Notes: generated from the sequence alone by a model not told the origin. DNA of 64,000 nt from Clostridiales bacterium (GCA_017513085.1 JAFWDK010000010.1:32001-96000), one strand, 5' to 3'. Shown: positions 9,680-19,584, counted from the first letter of the stretch. Translations and numbers: made by a program.

Positions 9680-11476
9680 ATGAACGAGAAATATAAGAAT
9701 CTGATTTTTTCTCTGGCCGGAGCCCTGATCGTAACATTCTTATGCGGAGTCGGCATTTTCGACCGACCGGATAAGTGGGTTCAGGATGCTTTGTTTCAGA
9801 CACCTTATGCCGTTCCGGGAGACATCGTCATTGTCGGTATCGATGATAACGACCTTCGTAATTTCGGTCCGTATAACACGTGGGACCGTAGTATCATGGC
9901 GTCGGCGCTTGAACAGCTCGCCATTGATCCGAATAACAGGCCGGCTGTAGTGGCTATAGACTGTGTCTATACCGGATATACGAATGAAGAGTCCGACGCA
10001 AGACTTGTCGAGGCGGCTAAGAAACTCGGAAATGTAGTTACGGCAGGAAGCGCTGTTCTTGGTACGACCAGAACTTTCGGACCTCGTTCGGTTCTCTATG
10101 ATGATTATGCAGTCATAAATTATGACGCGCCTTACGATGAATTAAAAGCTGTGACCACCACAGGACACATCAATGTTATGTACGATACCGACGGTGTCCT
10201 TAGACATAGTGCTCTTTATCTGGAACCATACGGTGAACGTGTATATTCGTTTGCTTATGAAGCTGCAAGACTTTATGCTCAACAGAATGGACATGTGATC
10301 AAGGAACCTCCGCTTGATTCCCGTGGACAGTTTTTTGTGTCATACTCTGCCGAACCTTACGGATTTTACGAGGATATCACACTTGGAAAACTTATCCGTG
10401 GTGAAGTGTCTCCGGAATATTTCGCAGGTAAAGTGGTCCTTATCGGACCTTACGCAACAGGTATTACCGATTCCTATATTACGCCGATCGAGCATGCTGA
10501 CATGATGTACGGCGTAGAATTCCACGCCAACGTGATCCAGTGCCTGCTGGATGGAAACTATAAGGAAGAAGTACCGGACTATATCCAGCTCAGCGTGATG
10601 GGCCTGGTGTGCCTGGCGTTCTTTTATTTCTGCAATGACAAACGCCTTCTGATCGCTGTTCCGCTGCTTGTTGTTTTTGAAGCGCTGAGTATCGGCGGTT
10701 CGCTGCTTCTTTACCATTCCGGTTTGATCACTCATGCACTATGGCTTCCTGCAGGTATATTCCTTCTGTTCGTTGTCGCGGTGGCTACCAACTATATCCG
10801 CGCCGCGATCGCCCGGCAGAACGTAACTAAAACTTTTGAAAGATATGTTGCGCCGAATATCGTGAACGAGATCCTGAAAGAAGGTACGGACAGCCTGAGA
10901 CTGGGCGGAAAGCTTTGTAATATCGCAGTGCTTTTCGTGGATATACGTGGATTTACGACCATGTCGGAAAGACTTTCTCCGGAAGAAGTGGTGCATATCC
11001 TGAACCAGTATTTGTCCATGACCAGTGCCTGTATAGAGAATAACAAGGGGACACTCGATAAATTCGTAGGCGACGCCACGATGGCATTTTGGGGAGCTCC
11101 GCTTCCGGAAGAAGATCCGGTATATCTCGCTGCAAAGACGGCGCTCGACATTGTGGAAGGTGCAAAAGCTCTTTCTGCAAAGTTGAAGGCCGAGATCAAC
11201 GAAGAACTCAACGTCGGCGTCGGTGTTCACTATGGACCTGCGGTCGTCGGAAACATGGGTTCCGAAAAAAGAATGGACTATACTGCCATCGGCGATACGG
11301 TGAATACGGCAGCGCGGCTTGAGGCGAATGCACCGGGCGGCACAGTATATATCAGCCGTTCTGTGGCAAAAGAACTGGAAGGCCGCATGCGTTTTACTTC
11401 GCTGGGCGATTCCATCAAACTAAAAGGTAAGGCGGAAGGTTTTGAAGTGCTCCGTCTTATCGGTAAGGAGGAATAG
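9680..11476 (+). CDS. CHASE2-domain class III adenylate cyclase
   Basis: CHASE2 motifs (DIVIVGIDD, W.RS..A..L, DTDGVLR, GKVVLIG, MYGVEFHANVI) followed by 3 TM helices. Cyclase motifs FVDIRGFT, DKFVGDA and DYTAIGDTVNTAARLE; the Lys/Thr specificity residues point to ATP (class IIIb-like). Confidence 0.92.
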   Translation: MNEKYKNLIFSLAGALIVTFLCGVGIFDRPDKWVQDALFQTPYAVPGDIVIVGIDDNDLRNFGPYNTWDRSIMASALEQLAIDPNNRPAVVAIDCVYTGYTNEESDARLVEAAKKLGNVVTAGSAVLGTTRTFGPRSVLYDDYAVINYDAPYDELKAVTTTGHINVMYDTDGVLRHSALYLEPYGERVYSFAYEAARLYAQQNGHVIKEPPLDSRGQFFVSYSAEPYGFYEDITLGKLIRGEVSPEYFAGKVVLIGPYATGITDSYITPIEHADMMYGVEFHANVIQCLLDGNYKEEVPDYIQLSVMGLVCLAFFYFCNDKRLLIAVPLLVVFEALSIGGSLLLYHSGLITHALWLPAGIFLLFVVAVATNYIRAAIARQNVTKTFERYVAPNIVNEILKEGTDSLRLGGKLCNIAVLFVDIRGFTTMSERLSPEEVVHILNQYLSMTSACIENNKGTLDKFVGDATMAFWGAPLPEEDPVYLAAKTALDIVEGAKALSAKLKAEINEELNVGVGVHYGPAVVGNMGSEKRMDYTAIGDTVNTAARLEANAPGGTVYISRSVAKELEGRMRFTSLGDSIKLKGKAEGFEVLRLIGKEE

Positions 11477-11477
11477 A

Positions 11478-13190
11478 ATGCTTCGTTTTCTGGGAAGAGG
11501 GTCGGCATTTACAGATGAACATAACTGTGCTTTCTTTGAATCCGGACGGGATCTGGTGCTCCTGGATTGCCCGATGAGTGCTTACGTCAAATTGAAAAGA
11601 AAAGATCTCTCCTCATATGCACGTATTTTTGTTCTGGTGACGCATACACACGGCGACCATATCAGCGGAATCGGCATGCTGATCGACTATTGTTATTTCG
11701 TGATAAAGAACCAGGTGACGATCGTGGCCCCATCGAAGGAAGTGATGGAGGATCTATCCTATTTGCTTAGAAGGATCGAGGGATGCGGGGATGCCTGGTA
11801 CAGCCTGATCGAAACTGCAGATCTTCATGAACCCTGGTTTGACACGCAGATCGCAACCGTACATACGGAAGAACTTGCCGGTAAATGTTTCGGTTACAGT
11901 CTGAAGGTGGAGGGCGAAAGTGTAGTTTATACCGGAGATACCGGGGTGCTTGAGCCGTTCGAAAAATATGTAACGCAGGGTGGATACTTGTATATGGAGA
12001 TCTCCTCGGTTCAAACTCCGGTGCATCTTTATGTGGAAGACATAAGACCCAAAGTCGTTGATATGGTAAATGCGGGCGTGCATGTATTTCTCATGCACCT
12101 GGATGATGAAGGTAAGATCGAGACCATGATGAAAGGAACCGGCGCACAATTTGCGCCGCTGGATGAGATGAGTATGGAAGATAACGGAAAACTTTTGAAT
12201 GATATTTTCGGAATCACGGATAGCCTTTATAAGGATATGTGCATGAATGACAGGAAGGATCATGCGCTGATATTCTCCTACTTGACGGAGCTGGGAAAGA
12301 CGATCGTTGACGCGGATCGTGCAAGTTTCTGGAAGTGGGATAAGCGCAAGGGTGTCCTGTGGACGATGTCCGCAACGGGTGTGGATAAGATCGTGATCCC
12401 GGACAGTGCCGGTCTTGTCGGAAAGTCTCTTCGTGAAAAGAAGACGGTGATCACCAATGATCCGTACTCGGATCCGGACTTTAACAGAGAGGTCGATTTG
12501 AAGACAGGATACCGTACCAGATCTGTACTGGTCCTGCCGGTGGCAGATATCAACGGCAATTTCATCGGTGCACTTCAGCTTCTCAATAAAAACGATCCGA
12601 AAGGGTTTGACGAAGTGGAGGATTCGAAGAAACTCTCTTTGGCCGCGCTTGTCTGTGGTATCGCGCTTGAGTCGGAAACATTCCTTGAAGAATCACATCA
12701 TGATAAGCTTACGGGTTTGAAAAACCGAATGGGCTTCTATTACGATTTTGGCGGAAAGTTCAAGGAATACCTTCTCCCGCAATCCGGAAAGACAATGTCC
12801 GTCTTTATTTGCGATATCGATAAGTTCAAGAGAGTCAATGACACATATGGACATAACGCCGGAGACGATGTGCTGGCTTTTGCCTCTCATCTTGTCGAGT
12901 CTTTGTGTTCGGAGAACGATTCCGTCTATCGCTGGGGCGGAGAAGAATTTGTAATGGTGATGCGCGATACCGATCTGGAAGGCGCCGCAAAGAAAGCGGA
13001 AGAGGTCCGCGTGAAACTGATGAACTCGGATATTGACGCTGATGGTACTACGATCCGTTGCACGATGAGCTTCGGTTGTGCGCTTTTTGATCCGAATAAG
13101 TCGATCGAAGAAAATATCAGTGTAGCCGACGGGCGCCTGTATATCGCTAAAGAAACAGGACGTAACCGCGTCTGTAAAGAAGATTCGTAA
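11478..13190 (+). CDS. Fusion: metallo-beta-lactamase-fold hydrolase + GAF + GGDEF diguanylate cyclase
   Basis: ATG 11478 follows an AGGAGG RBS, 1 nt after the cyclase stop. MBL motifs THTHGDH, YTGDT and MHLDD. GAF with NK...FDE. GGDEF motifs DKLTGLKNR, DIDKFKRVNDTYGHNAGD and RWGGEEF. Confidence 0.9.
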   Translation: MLRFLGRGSAFTDEHNCAFFESGRDLVLLDCPMSAYVKLKRKDLSSYARIFVLVTHTHGDHISGIGMLIDYCYFVIKNQVTIVAPSKEVMEDLSYLLRRIEGCGDAWYSLIETADLHEPWFDTQIATVHTEELAGKCFGYSLKVEGESVVYTGDTGVLEPFEKYVTQGGYLYMEISSVQTPVHLYVEDIRPKVVDMVNAGVHVFLMHLDDEGKIETMMKGTGAQFAPLDEMSMEDNGKLLNDIFGITDSLYKDMCMNDRKDHALIFSYLTELGKTIVDADRASFWKWDKRKGVLWTMSATGVDKIVIPDSAGLVGKSLREKKTVITNDPYSDPDFNREVDLKTGYRTRSVLVLPVADINGNFIGALQLLNKNDPKGFDEVEDSKKLSLAALVCGIALESETFLEESHHDKLTGLKNRMGFYYDFGGKFKEYLLPQSGKTMSVFICDIDKFKRVNDTYGHNAGDDVLAFASHLVESLCSENDSVYRWGGEEFVMVMRDTDLEGAAKKAEEVRVKLMNSDIDADGTTIRCTMSFGCALFDPNKSIEENISVADGRLYIAKETGRNRVCKEDS

Positions 13191-13219
13191 AGCGGCAAGC
13201 GGAAAAAAATAAACCCGAG

Positions 13220-13261
13220 AAAGTGACTGCGTTCATAGTTACATATGACTGCAGTCACTTT
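13220..13261 (+). terminator. Probable intrinsic terminator of the signalling operon
   Basis: Perfect 11-bp outer stem AAAGTGACTGC...GCAGTCACTTT with inner TCATA/TATGA pairing, 30 nt after the GGDEF stop. Confidence 0.6.
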
Positions 13262-13325
13262 GTCATGTAAAGAGAAAAACTTATCATTTAAGGTGAAAAA
13301 ACCGAAACAGAATGTTAAGAGGTAA

Positions 13326-13763
13326 ATGACAATGAGAAAAAAGATGATGATCGTGAGTGCTTTGTTTTTGTGCCTGTTAAGCTTCGCTCTTTCTGGGTGT
13401 GACAAGTATGTTTCCAGTTGCAGAGTAATGGCCTGTGTGCAGACAAATACGTCGTCAAAAGCATCTGTAAGTTTCAGTAAGCTGACGGGTAAGATGGTGT
13501 ACAAATTGAAGACCGATACTACGAAAGTCATACACTACACAGGAGAACTGAATTCCGGCAGTATCACGGTTTACTATGATACGGACGGAACAAAGAAGGA
13601 AATGTTTACCATCAAAGCGGGAGAAAATGTAGATGCAACGCTCGGTTCGCTTCAGAAAGGAACGACTTATGTCATTCTCGAGACGAATGAGAAGAGCTCG
13701 AACGGGTCTTTCTGTTTCGAGGTCGAGTCTTCGGGAAGTGCCGAATCTGAGAATGACGATTGA
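13326..13763 (+). CDS. Small lipoprotein, unknown function
   Basis: Basic N-terminus, hydrophobic stretch, lipobox LSGC and a beta-rich mature region. Confidence 0.75.
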   Translation: MTMRKKMMIVSALFLCLLSFALSGCDKYVSSCRVMACVQTNTSSKASVSFSKLTGKMVYKLKTDTTKVIHYTGELNSGSITVYYDTDGTKKEMFTIKAGENVDATLGSLQKGTTYVILETNEKSSNGSFCFEVESSGSAESENDD

Positions 13764-14018
13764 CTGATCCCCTCGCTTTCCTTGATAAAAAACGGACGAA
13801 ACGATATACTGATTTTGTTAGGAATAATGACTGTCCGGACGAAAAAGGCATAGACGATCATGGCGCATTTCGTTTGTGAATGGTTCACGGACGGATGCGC
13901 TTTTGACTATAAAACAGAACAAAATCTGATATACGCAAAGTCGATTTATAAGAAGTTAACAGTAGTGTGAAATGCTAGGATTAACTTAGTATGTAGATGT
14001 CGAGGAAAGGATGCTCAT

Positions 14019-15194
14019 ATGGAAAATTTTGAGTTTTATTCTCCAACATGTTTTGTATTCGGAAAAGAGACGGAAAACCGTGCCGGTGAATATGTTAAGC
14101 GTTTTGGCGGTACGAAAGTGCTTATCCATTATGGTGGTGGCAGCGTCGTTCGTTCCGGCCTTTTAGATCGTGTCAAAGCTTCTCTTGATCGCGAGTCGAT
14201 TCCTTATGTGGAACTCGGTGGCGTTAAACCCAATCCGAGAAGCGGACTTGTTTATGAAGGCATTGAGCTTTGCAGAAAAGAGAAAGTTGATTTTGTATTG
14301 GCTGTAGGTGGCGGAAGTACGATCGATTCTTCCAAGGCGATTGCAGCCGGAGTGGTATATGACGGTGATTTCTGGGATTTTTACCAAGGCAAGCGGATCG
14401 AGAAAGCGTTGAGTGTGGGTACGATCCTGACTATTGCGGCTGCCGGAAGTGAAGGAAGCCCGGATACCGTCATTACCAAAGAAGAAGGTATGTTCAAGCG
14501 GGGAGCCAGCGGCGATGCCATTCGCCCGAAATTCAGTATTCTCAATCCTGCTCTGACACAGACGCTTCCTGCTTATCAGACTGCAGCAGGTATCACGGAT
14601 ATCATGGCTCACTTATATGAGCGCTATCTGACGAACAGTGAGGAAGTCGAGGTGACTGACCGGCTGATCGAAGCTTTGCTTCTGACAATGGTTCATGAAG
14701 GACCGAGAGTTATCGCGGATCCGGATAACTATGATGCCAGAGCGAATATTATGTGGGCCGGAATGGTGGCACATAATAATACATGCGGTGTCGGACGCAG
14801 CCAGGACTGGCTGAGCCATACGATCGAGCACGAGCTTTCTGCATTATACGATTGTGCGCATGGCGCAGGTCTTGCAGTAACCATGCCCGCTGTTTTTACC
14901 TATGAAATGTCTCATAATGTGATGCGCTTCGCCCAGGTTGCTGTACGTGTCTGGGGATGTCAGATGGATTTTGCGCATCCGGAAGTCACTGCTAAAGCGG
15001 GAATCGAAGCGTTCCGCAATTTCCTGATCTCTATCGGGATGCCGAAGAACTTCGAGGAGCTTGGTGCGAAGGAAGAGGATATTCCGAAACTGGTGAATGT
15101 CCTCTGCAGAGGTGATGGCCGTGACGGAACGATTTCCGGCTTCATCACTCTTAACGAAGATGACTGCACTAAAATCTATAAGATGATGGTGTAA
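14019..15194 (+). CDS. Iron-containing alcohol dehydrogenase (butanol dehydrogenase/YqhD-like)
   Basis: Motifs GVKPNP, AVGGGSTIDSSKAI, AAAGSEG and HTIEHELSALYDCAHGAGLA. Confidence 0.93.
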   Translation: MENFEFYSPTCFVFGKETENRAGEYVKRFGGTKVLIHYGGGSVVRSGLLDRVKASLDRESIPYVELGGVKPNPRSGLVYEGIELCRKEKVDFVLAVGGGSTIDSSKAIAAGVVYDGDFWDFYQGKRIEKALSVGTILTIAAAGSEGSPDTVITKEEGMFKRGASGDAIRPKFSILNPALTQTLPAYQTAAGITDIMAHLYERYLTNSEEVEVTDRLIEALLLTMVHEGPRVIADPDNYDARANIMWAGMVAHNNTCGVGRSQDWLSHTIEHELSALYDCAHGAGLAVTMPAVFTYEMSHNVMRFAQVAVRVWGCQMDFAHPEVTAKAGIEAFRNFLISIGMPKNFEELGAKEEDIPKLVNVLCRGDGRDGTISGFITLNEDDCTKIYKMMV

Positions 15195-15199
15195 GTTAT

Positions 15200-16093
15200 A
15201 TGGATTACAGCCATTACGAAAACTTTGATTTTGACAGAATTAGTGCCTTTAACATGTCCACGGGTTTTAAGGACAGGAGCTATAAGATGCACTGGCATTC
15301 TTATGGCGAAATCCTTCTCGTTGGTCCGGGCGAAACGAACATCTTTAGGGTAAATCAAAGTACCTACAACCTCAAGGAAGGGGACTTCGTATTGGTTTGG
15401 CCGATGGAAATGCATGCTATCCTTGATGCGGATCGGGAACACTCACTAGTGATTCAGTTCAGTAATGCCTTTATGAATTCGCTACTCGATCTTCAGAGGA
15501 TCATGCATTTCTATCGTAATCTCCACGTGATCGAGCGAAGCGCGCATCCTCATCTTTCTGCAAAACTTCTGACTTTAGTCTATAAGATGAGAGATGTATT
15601 CTTTTCGGAAACTCCCGATCGGGAATTACGGTGCTGTATGCTGTTCATGGAGTTTGTGCTTGCTATGGATGAGCATCGTGAAGAGTTTTCTTCCGAGCTG
15701 GCTCCGGGTGGCAGAAACAGTTTTAACGATGATGTGATGCGTCGTATGCTTATGGTTACCGAATACATAAAGAATAATCTTACTTCGGATGATCTTTCCC
15801 AGCAGACTATGGCTGATATGGCCGGTATCAGCAAGGATTATTTTTCCAGAATATTCAAGAATGTGACCGGCATGAATTACAGTAAGTGGCTGAATATGAT
15901 CCGCTTGGAGAAAGCAACGGAGCTTCTTTCCCAGAATGATATGACACTTACGCAGGTGGCCATGCTTTCCGGATTCCGTAGTATTCCCAGCTTTAACCGG
16001 GTTTTTTACGAAGAAAAAGGTATGGCACCGGGAGAATACAGAAGTCTTTTCGTGAGTGGCCGAAATCCTGAACAGGAAACAAATCAGAGATAA
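15200..16093 (+). CDS. AraC-family regulator with an N-terminal cupin domain
   Basis: MHWHSYGE cupin motif. C-terminal YFSRIFK...RLEKA...VAMLSGF...FNRVF...PGEYR. Confidence 0.93.
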   Translation: MDYSHYENFDFDRISAFNMSTGFKDRSYKMHWHSYGEILLVGPGETNIFRVNQSTYNLKEGDFVLVWPMEMHAILDADREHSLVIQFSNAFMNSLLDLQRIMHFYRNLHVIERSAHPHLSAKLLTLVYKMRDVFFSETPDRELRCCMLFMEFVLAMDEHREEFSSELAPGGRNSFNDDVMRRMLMVTEYIKNNLTSDDLSQQTMADMAGISKDYFSRIFKNVTGMNYSKWLNMIRLEKATELLSQNDMTLTQVAMLSGFRSIPSFNRVFYEEKGMAPGEYRSLFVSGRNPEQETNQR

Positions 16094-16132
16094 GACCGTT
16101 CTAGACCCAAATATACGAAACGGGGTACATAT

Positions 16133-17335
16133 ATGGATATTTCGCACAGAAAAGTCAGTAAACGAGTGCTTTTTAAATCGTCGACCGGTGAGCCGCTGGT
16201 GAATAAAAAAGTGCATGTACAGCAGACAAAGCATGATTTCCTGTTCGGATGTGGTGCTTTTGTTTTCCTGCCGTATCTTATAAAGGATGAACAAGAATAC
16301 CAAAAAGTAACCGAGAGTTGGCTGGATATCTTCAATTACGGGACGTTGCCTTTTTACTGGGGACAGTTTGAAAAAGAAGAAGGAAACCCGAATACCGAGA
16401 CGTTGATGAAGACAGCGAAGTATCTTCAGAGTAAAGGCGTAACGGTGAAGGGACATCCGTTATGCTGGCACACGGCCTGTGCAGACTGGCTGATGAAGTA
16501 TGACAATAAGACGATCCTGGAGAAACAACTGGCACGTATCGACCGTGAAGTCATCGGATTTAAAGGTGTGATCGATATGTGGGATGTCATTAACGAAGTC
16601 GTGATCATGCCGATCTTTGACAAATATGACAATGCCATTACCAGACTCTGTAAAGAGCATGGAAGAGTCGGTCTGATCAAGAAAGTTTTCGATGAAGCGC
16701 ACGCGGCAAATCCTAATGCTGTGTTGCTCATCAATGATTTCAATACGTCTACGAATTATGAGATCCTTATTGACGGATGTTTGAATGCGGGTGTACCGAT
16801 CAGCGCGATCGGGATCCAGTCTCACCAGCATCAGGGATACTGGGGAAAAGAAAAACTTGAAGAAGTCCTCGCGCGTTACGAACATTTCGGTCTTCCGATC
16901 CATTTTACGGAAAATACATTGATCTCCGGAGAGATCATGCCACCGCATATTGTCGATCTTAATGACTGGAAAGTCGAGAAGTGGCCGACAACTCCGGAGG
17001 GAGAAGAGAGACAGGCACGGGAAATCGAAGAGATGTACCGTATTCTTTTTTCTCATCCTCTTGTTTCTGCCATTACAACGTGGGATTATCGTGACGGCGC
17101 ATGGCTGCATGCACCGAGTGGTTTTATCCGCGAGGATAATACACTGAAACCGTCTTATACCATGTTGAAGGACCTGGTCAAGAAGGAATGGTGGACCGAT
17201 ACAGACGTAGTAACTGATAAAAACGGCTACGCTGTGGTGGATGCTTTTAAAGGTGAATATGATCTTTCTTCGGAAGGACACACTGCAAAAGCTGTTTTGA
17301 CAGACAATGAGGGTATGGAAATCACGCTTGCCTAA
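16133..17335 (+). CDS. Glycoside hydrolase family 10 (xylanase-like), no signal peptide
   Basis: KGHPLCWH, WDVINE (acid/base), LINDFN, IGIQSH and IHFTE (nucleophile). Confidence 0.88.
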   Translation: MDISHRKVSKRVLFKSSTGEPLVNKKVHVQQTKHDFLFGCGAFVFLPYLIKDEQEYQKVTESWLDIFNYGTLPFYWGQFEKEEGNPNTETLMKTAKYLQSKGVTVKGHPLCWHTACADWLMKYDNKTILEKQLARIDREVIGFKGVIDMWDVINEVVIMPIFDKYDNAITRLCKEHGRVGLIKKVFDEAHAANPNAVLLINDFNTSTNYEILIDGCLNAGVPISAIGIQSHQHQGYWGKEKLEEVLARYEHFGLPIHFTENTLISGEIMPPHIVDLNDWKVEKWPTTPEGEERQAREIEEMYRILFSHPLVSAITTWDYRDGAWLHAPSGFIREDNTLKPSYTMLKDLVKKEWWTDTDVVTDKNGYAVVDAFKGEYDLSSEGHTAKAVLTDNEGMEITLA

Positions 17336-17376
17336 GCGGACAGGAAACAGTTTTCAAGAAGAAAAGGAGAATCACT

Positions 17377-18495
17377 ATGAGTATCGATCTTTCCAAAATG
17401 CCGAAATTAGGATTCGGTCTGATGAGACTTCCGGAAAATGAGGGAGTCATCGATCACGAACATGTCTGCCGTATGGTGGATAAGTATATGCAGGCTGGTA
17501 TGAATTATTTTGATACCGCATATGTTTATCACGGAGGAAAGTCCGAGGTGGCGGCCAGAGAGGCTTTGGTGAAACGTTATCCGAGAGAGAGCTTTATGCT
17601 CGCAACCAAGCTTCCGGCATGGGAAATCAAGAAAGAAGAGGACATTGAACGGATCTTTGAAGAGCAGTTGGCACGTGCAGGTGTCGACTATTTTGATTTC
17701 TATCTCCTTCACTCCCTTGAAGACGGAAACAACTACGATACATATGTGAAGTATGACTGCTTTGACTGGTGTATGAAGAGAAAAGCCGAAGGGAAGATCA
17801 AACATTTCGGTTTTTCCTTCCATGGCAGCCCTGAGCTCCTTTCGGAAGTTTTGGATCTTCATCCGGAAGTGGAATTTGTTCAGATCCAACTGAATTATCT
17901 GGATCGGAGCAATCCGGTGGTTCGTTCTCAGGAGCTCTACGATATCCTTCATGAAAGAAATATCCCGATCATCGTCATGGAGCCGATCCGTGGAGGAATG
18001 CTGGCGAATATGGCGCCTGAGATCGAAGAAAAGTTTAAAGCAAGACGACCGGATAAATCAGTGGCTTCCTGGGCCTTACGCTTTGTCGGCTCTTTGCCCG
18101 GTGTAATGACGATCCTTTCCGGAATGTCTAGCGAGGAGCAGATGGACGATAATATCGGCACGTTTACCGGTTTTGAGAAATTGTCTTCAGATGAAATGGA
18201 AATCGTGGATCAGGTTACTTCGGATCTTCTCAGTATGCCTCAGATTGGTTGCACGGCCTGTAAGTATTGCTGTGACGGCTGTCCGATGCACATCAGTATT
18301 CCGGATGTGTTCCGCACGATCAATACGCTCCGCCGTTATCCGGATGATTGGAGATCGAAGAATTTTTATTCCGGAGTGGTTTCCCGTTCCGGAAAAGCAT
18401 CCGACTGTATCGGATGCGGACAGTGTGAGGGTGTATGCCCGCAGCATCTGCCTATCATAGAACTGTTGAAAGAAGCAGCGTCGATCCTGGATTGA
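17377..18495 (+). CDS. Aldo/keto reductase with a C-terminal 4Fe-4S dicluster
   Basis: LGFGLMRLP, YFDTAYVY and GFSFHG, plus CTACKYCCDGCP and CIGCGQCEGVCPQ. Confidence 0.92.
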   Translation: MSIDLSKMPKLGFGLMRLPENEGVIDHEHVCRMVDKYMQAGMNYFDTAYVYHGGKSEVAAREALVKRYPRESFMLATKLPAWEIKKEEDIERIFEEQLARAGVDYFDFYLLHSLEDGNNYDTYVKYDCFDWCMKRKAEGKIKHFGFSFHGSPELLSEVLDLHPEVEFVQIQLNYLDRSNPVVRSQELYDILHERNIPIIVMEPIRGGMLANMAPEIEEKFKARRPDKSVASWALRFVGSLPGVMTILSGMSSEEQMDDNIGTFTGFEKLSSDEMEIVDQVTSDLLSMPQIGCTACKYCCDGCPMHISIPDVFRTINTLRRYPDDWRSKNFYSGVVSRSGKASDCIGCGQCEGVCPQHLPIIELLKEAASILD

Positions 18496-18533
18496 TCCTT
18501 GAAAGACATGGAAGCAGTGAAAAGGGTGTAATT

Positions 18534-19565
18534 ATGAAAAAGAGAGCTTTATTTATCGGTGGTACAGGAACGATCAGCACAGCGATCGTAAAAAGACTTG
18601 TCAAGGATCTTGACTGGGACGTATGGGTATTGAATCGTGGAAATCGTGCAAGTGTGCTGCCGGAAGAGGTTCACCAGATCATCGTGGACATTAACGATGA
18701 AAAGGCGGTGCTGGACAAATTAGGTGACATGACGTTTGATTCGATCTGCGAGTTTATCGGCTTTACAGTACCGCAAGTCGAGCGGGATTTCCGACTGTTT
18801 AAAAGAAGGACCAAACAGTATATCTATACCAGTTCTGCTTCGGCCTACCATAAGCCTGCTTCCGGTTACATCATTACGGAAGGAACTGCGCTTAGCAACC
18901 CGTATTGGCAGTATTCCAGAGATAAGATCGCCTGTGAAGAATTCCTTATGAAGAAATATAAAGAAGACGGATTCCCGGTAACGATCGTACGTCCGAGCCA
19001 TACCTATGATGAGAGAAATGTTCCGCTGGGCGTACATGGAAAGAACGGTTTTTGGCAGGTCATTAAGAGAATGCAGGAAGGAAAGCCTGTCATTATTCAA
19101 GGAGACGGTTCCAGCCTTTGGACGCTGACCTGGAATGCAGATTTTGCTATCGGTTATACCGGCCTAATGGGAAATCGTCATGCTATCGGAGAAGCTTTTC
19201 AGATCACTTCGGATGAGGTGCTCACCTGGGATCAGGTCTATGCGACGATAGCCGATGCACTGGGCGTCGAGCTGAATGCATATTATGTATCCACCGACTT
19301 CCTGCGTGCGGTGGGGGATCCTTGCGGATTCGATTATACCGGATCGCTTCTGGGCGATAAATCTGTTTCTGTGGTTTTTGATAATGCAAAACTTAAACGA
19401 GTCGTCCCGGACATGCAAACGAATGTAAGGTTTGATATGGGCGTACGTATTGCTTTGGATTATGTTCTTTCCCATCCGCAAGAGTGTCAGATCGAAGATC
19501 CGGAATTTGATTCCTGGTGTGATAAGGTGATCGATACGATTGAAAAAGCAAAAGCGTCTTTTTGA
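18534..19565 (+). CDS. NAD-dependent epimerase/dehydratase (extended SDR)
   Basis: Start moved to MKKRALFIGGTGTIS. Motifs SSASAY, YSRDK and VRPSHTY. Confidence 0.9.
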   Translation: MKKRALFIGGTGTISTAIVKRLVKDLDWDVWVLNRGNRASVLPEEVHQIIVDINDEKAVLDKLGDMTFDSICEFIGFTVPQVERDFRLFKRRTKQYIYTSSASAYHKPASGYIITEGTALSNPYWQYSRDKIACEEFLMKKYKEDGFPVTIVRPSHTYDERNVPLGVHGKNGFWQVIKRMQEGKPVIIQGDGSSLWTLTWNADFAIGYTGLMGNRHAIGEAFQITSDEVLTWDQVYATIADALGVELNAYYVSTDFLRAVGDPCGFDYTGSLLGDKSVSVVFDNAKLKRVVPDMQTNVRFDMGVRIALDYVLSHPQECQIEDPEFDSWCDKVIDTIEKAKASF

Positions 19566-19584
19566 TGAAAGGAGTGTGCCGGTT

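Noticed and set aside
8663-9803. Long minus-strand Gly/Val-rich and Arg/Cys-rich ORFs
   Set aside because: These are antisense readings of the Pro/Thr repeat, with no RBS or independent coding signal.
11442-11477. ORF-track upstream start for the MBL-GAF-GGDEF gene (similar extensions at 18435, 19540, 21233, 39517, 45467, 46750, 50068, 61370)
   Set aside because: These extensions overlap upstream genes or lack an RBS. Downstream ATGs with a clear RBS or stop-start coupling were preferred.
13191-13325. Possible c-di-GMP riboswitch after the GGDEF gene
   Set aside because: I could not see the GEMM two-hairpin/GNRA-receptor pattern. A single terminator-like hairpin explains the region. An Infernal search would settle it.
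13874-13890. CRP or Rex box
   Set aside because: The spacer is one base shorter than either consensus, so it is kept only as a weak dyad.
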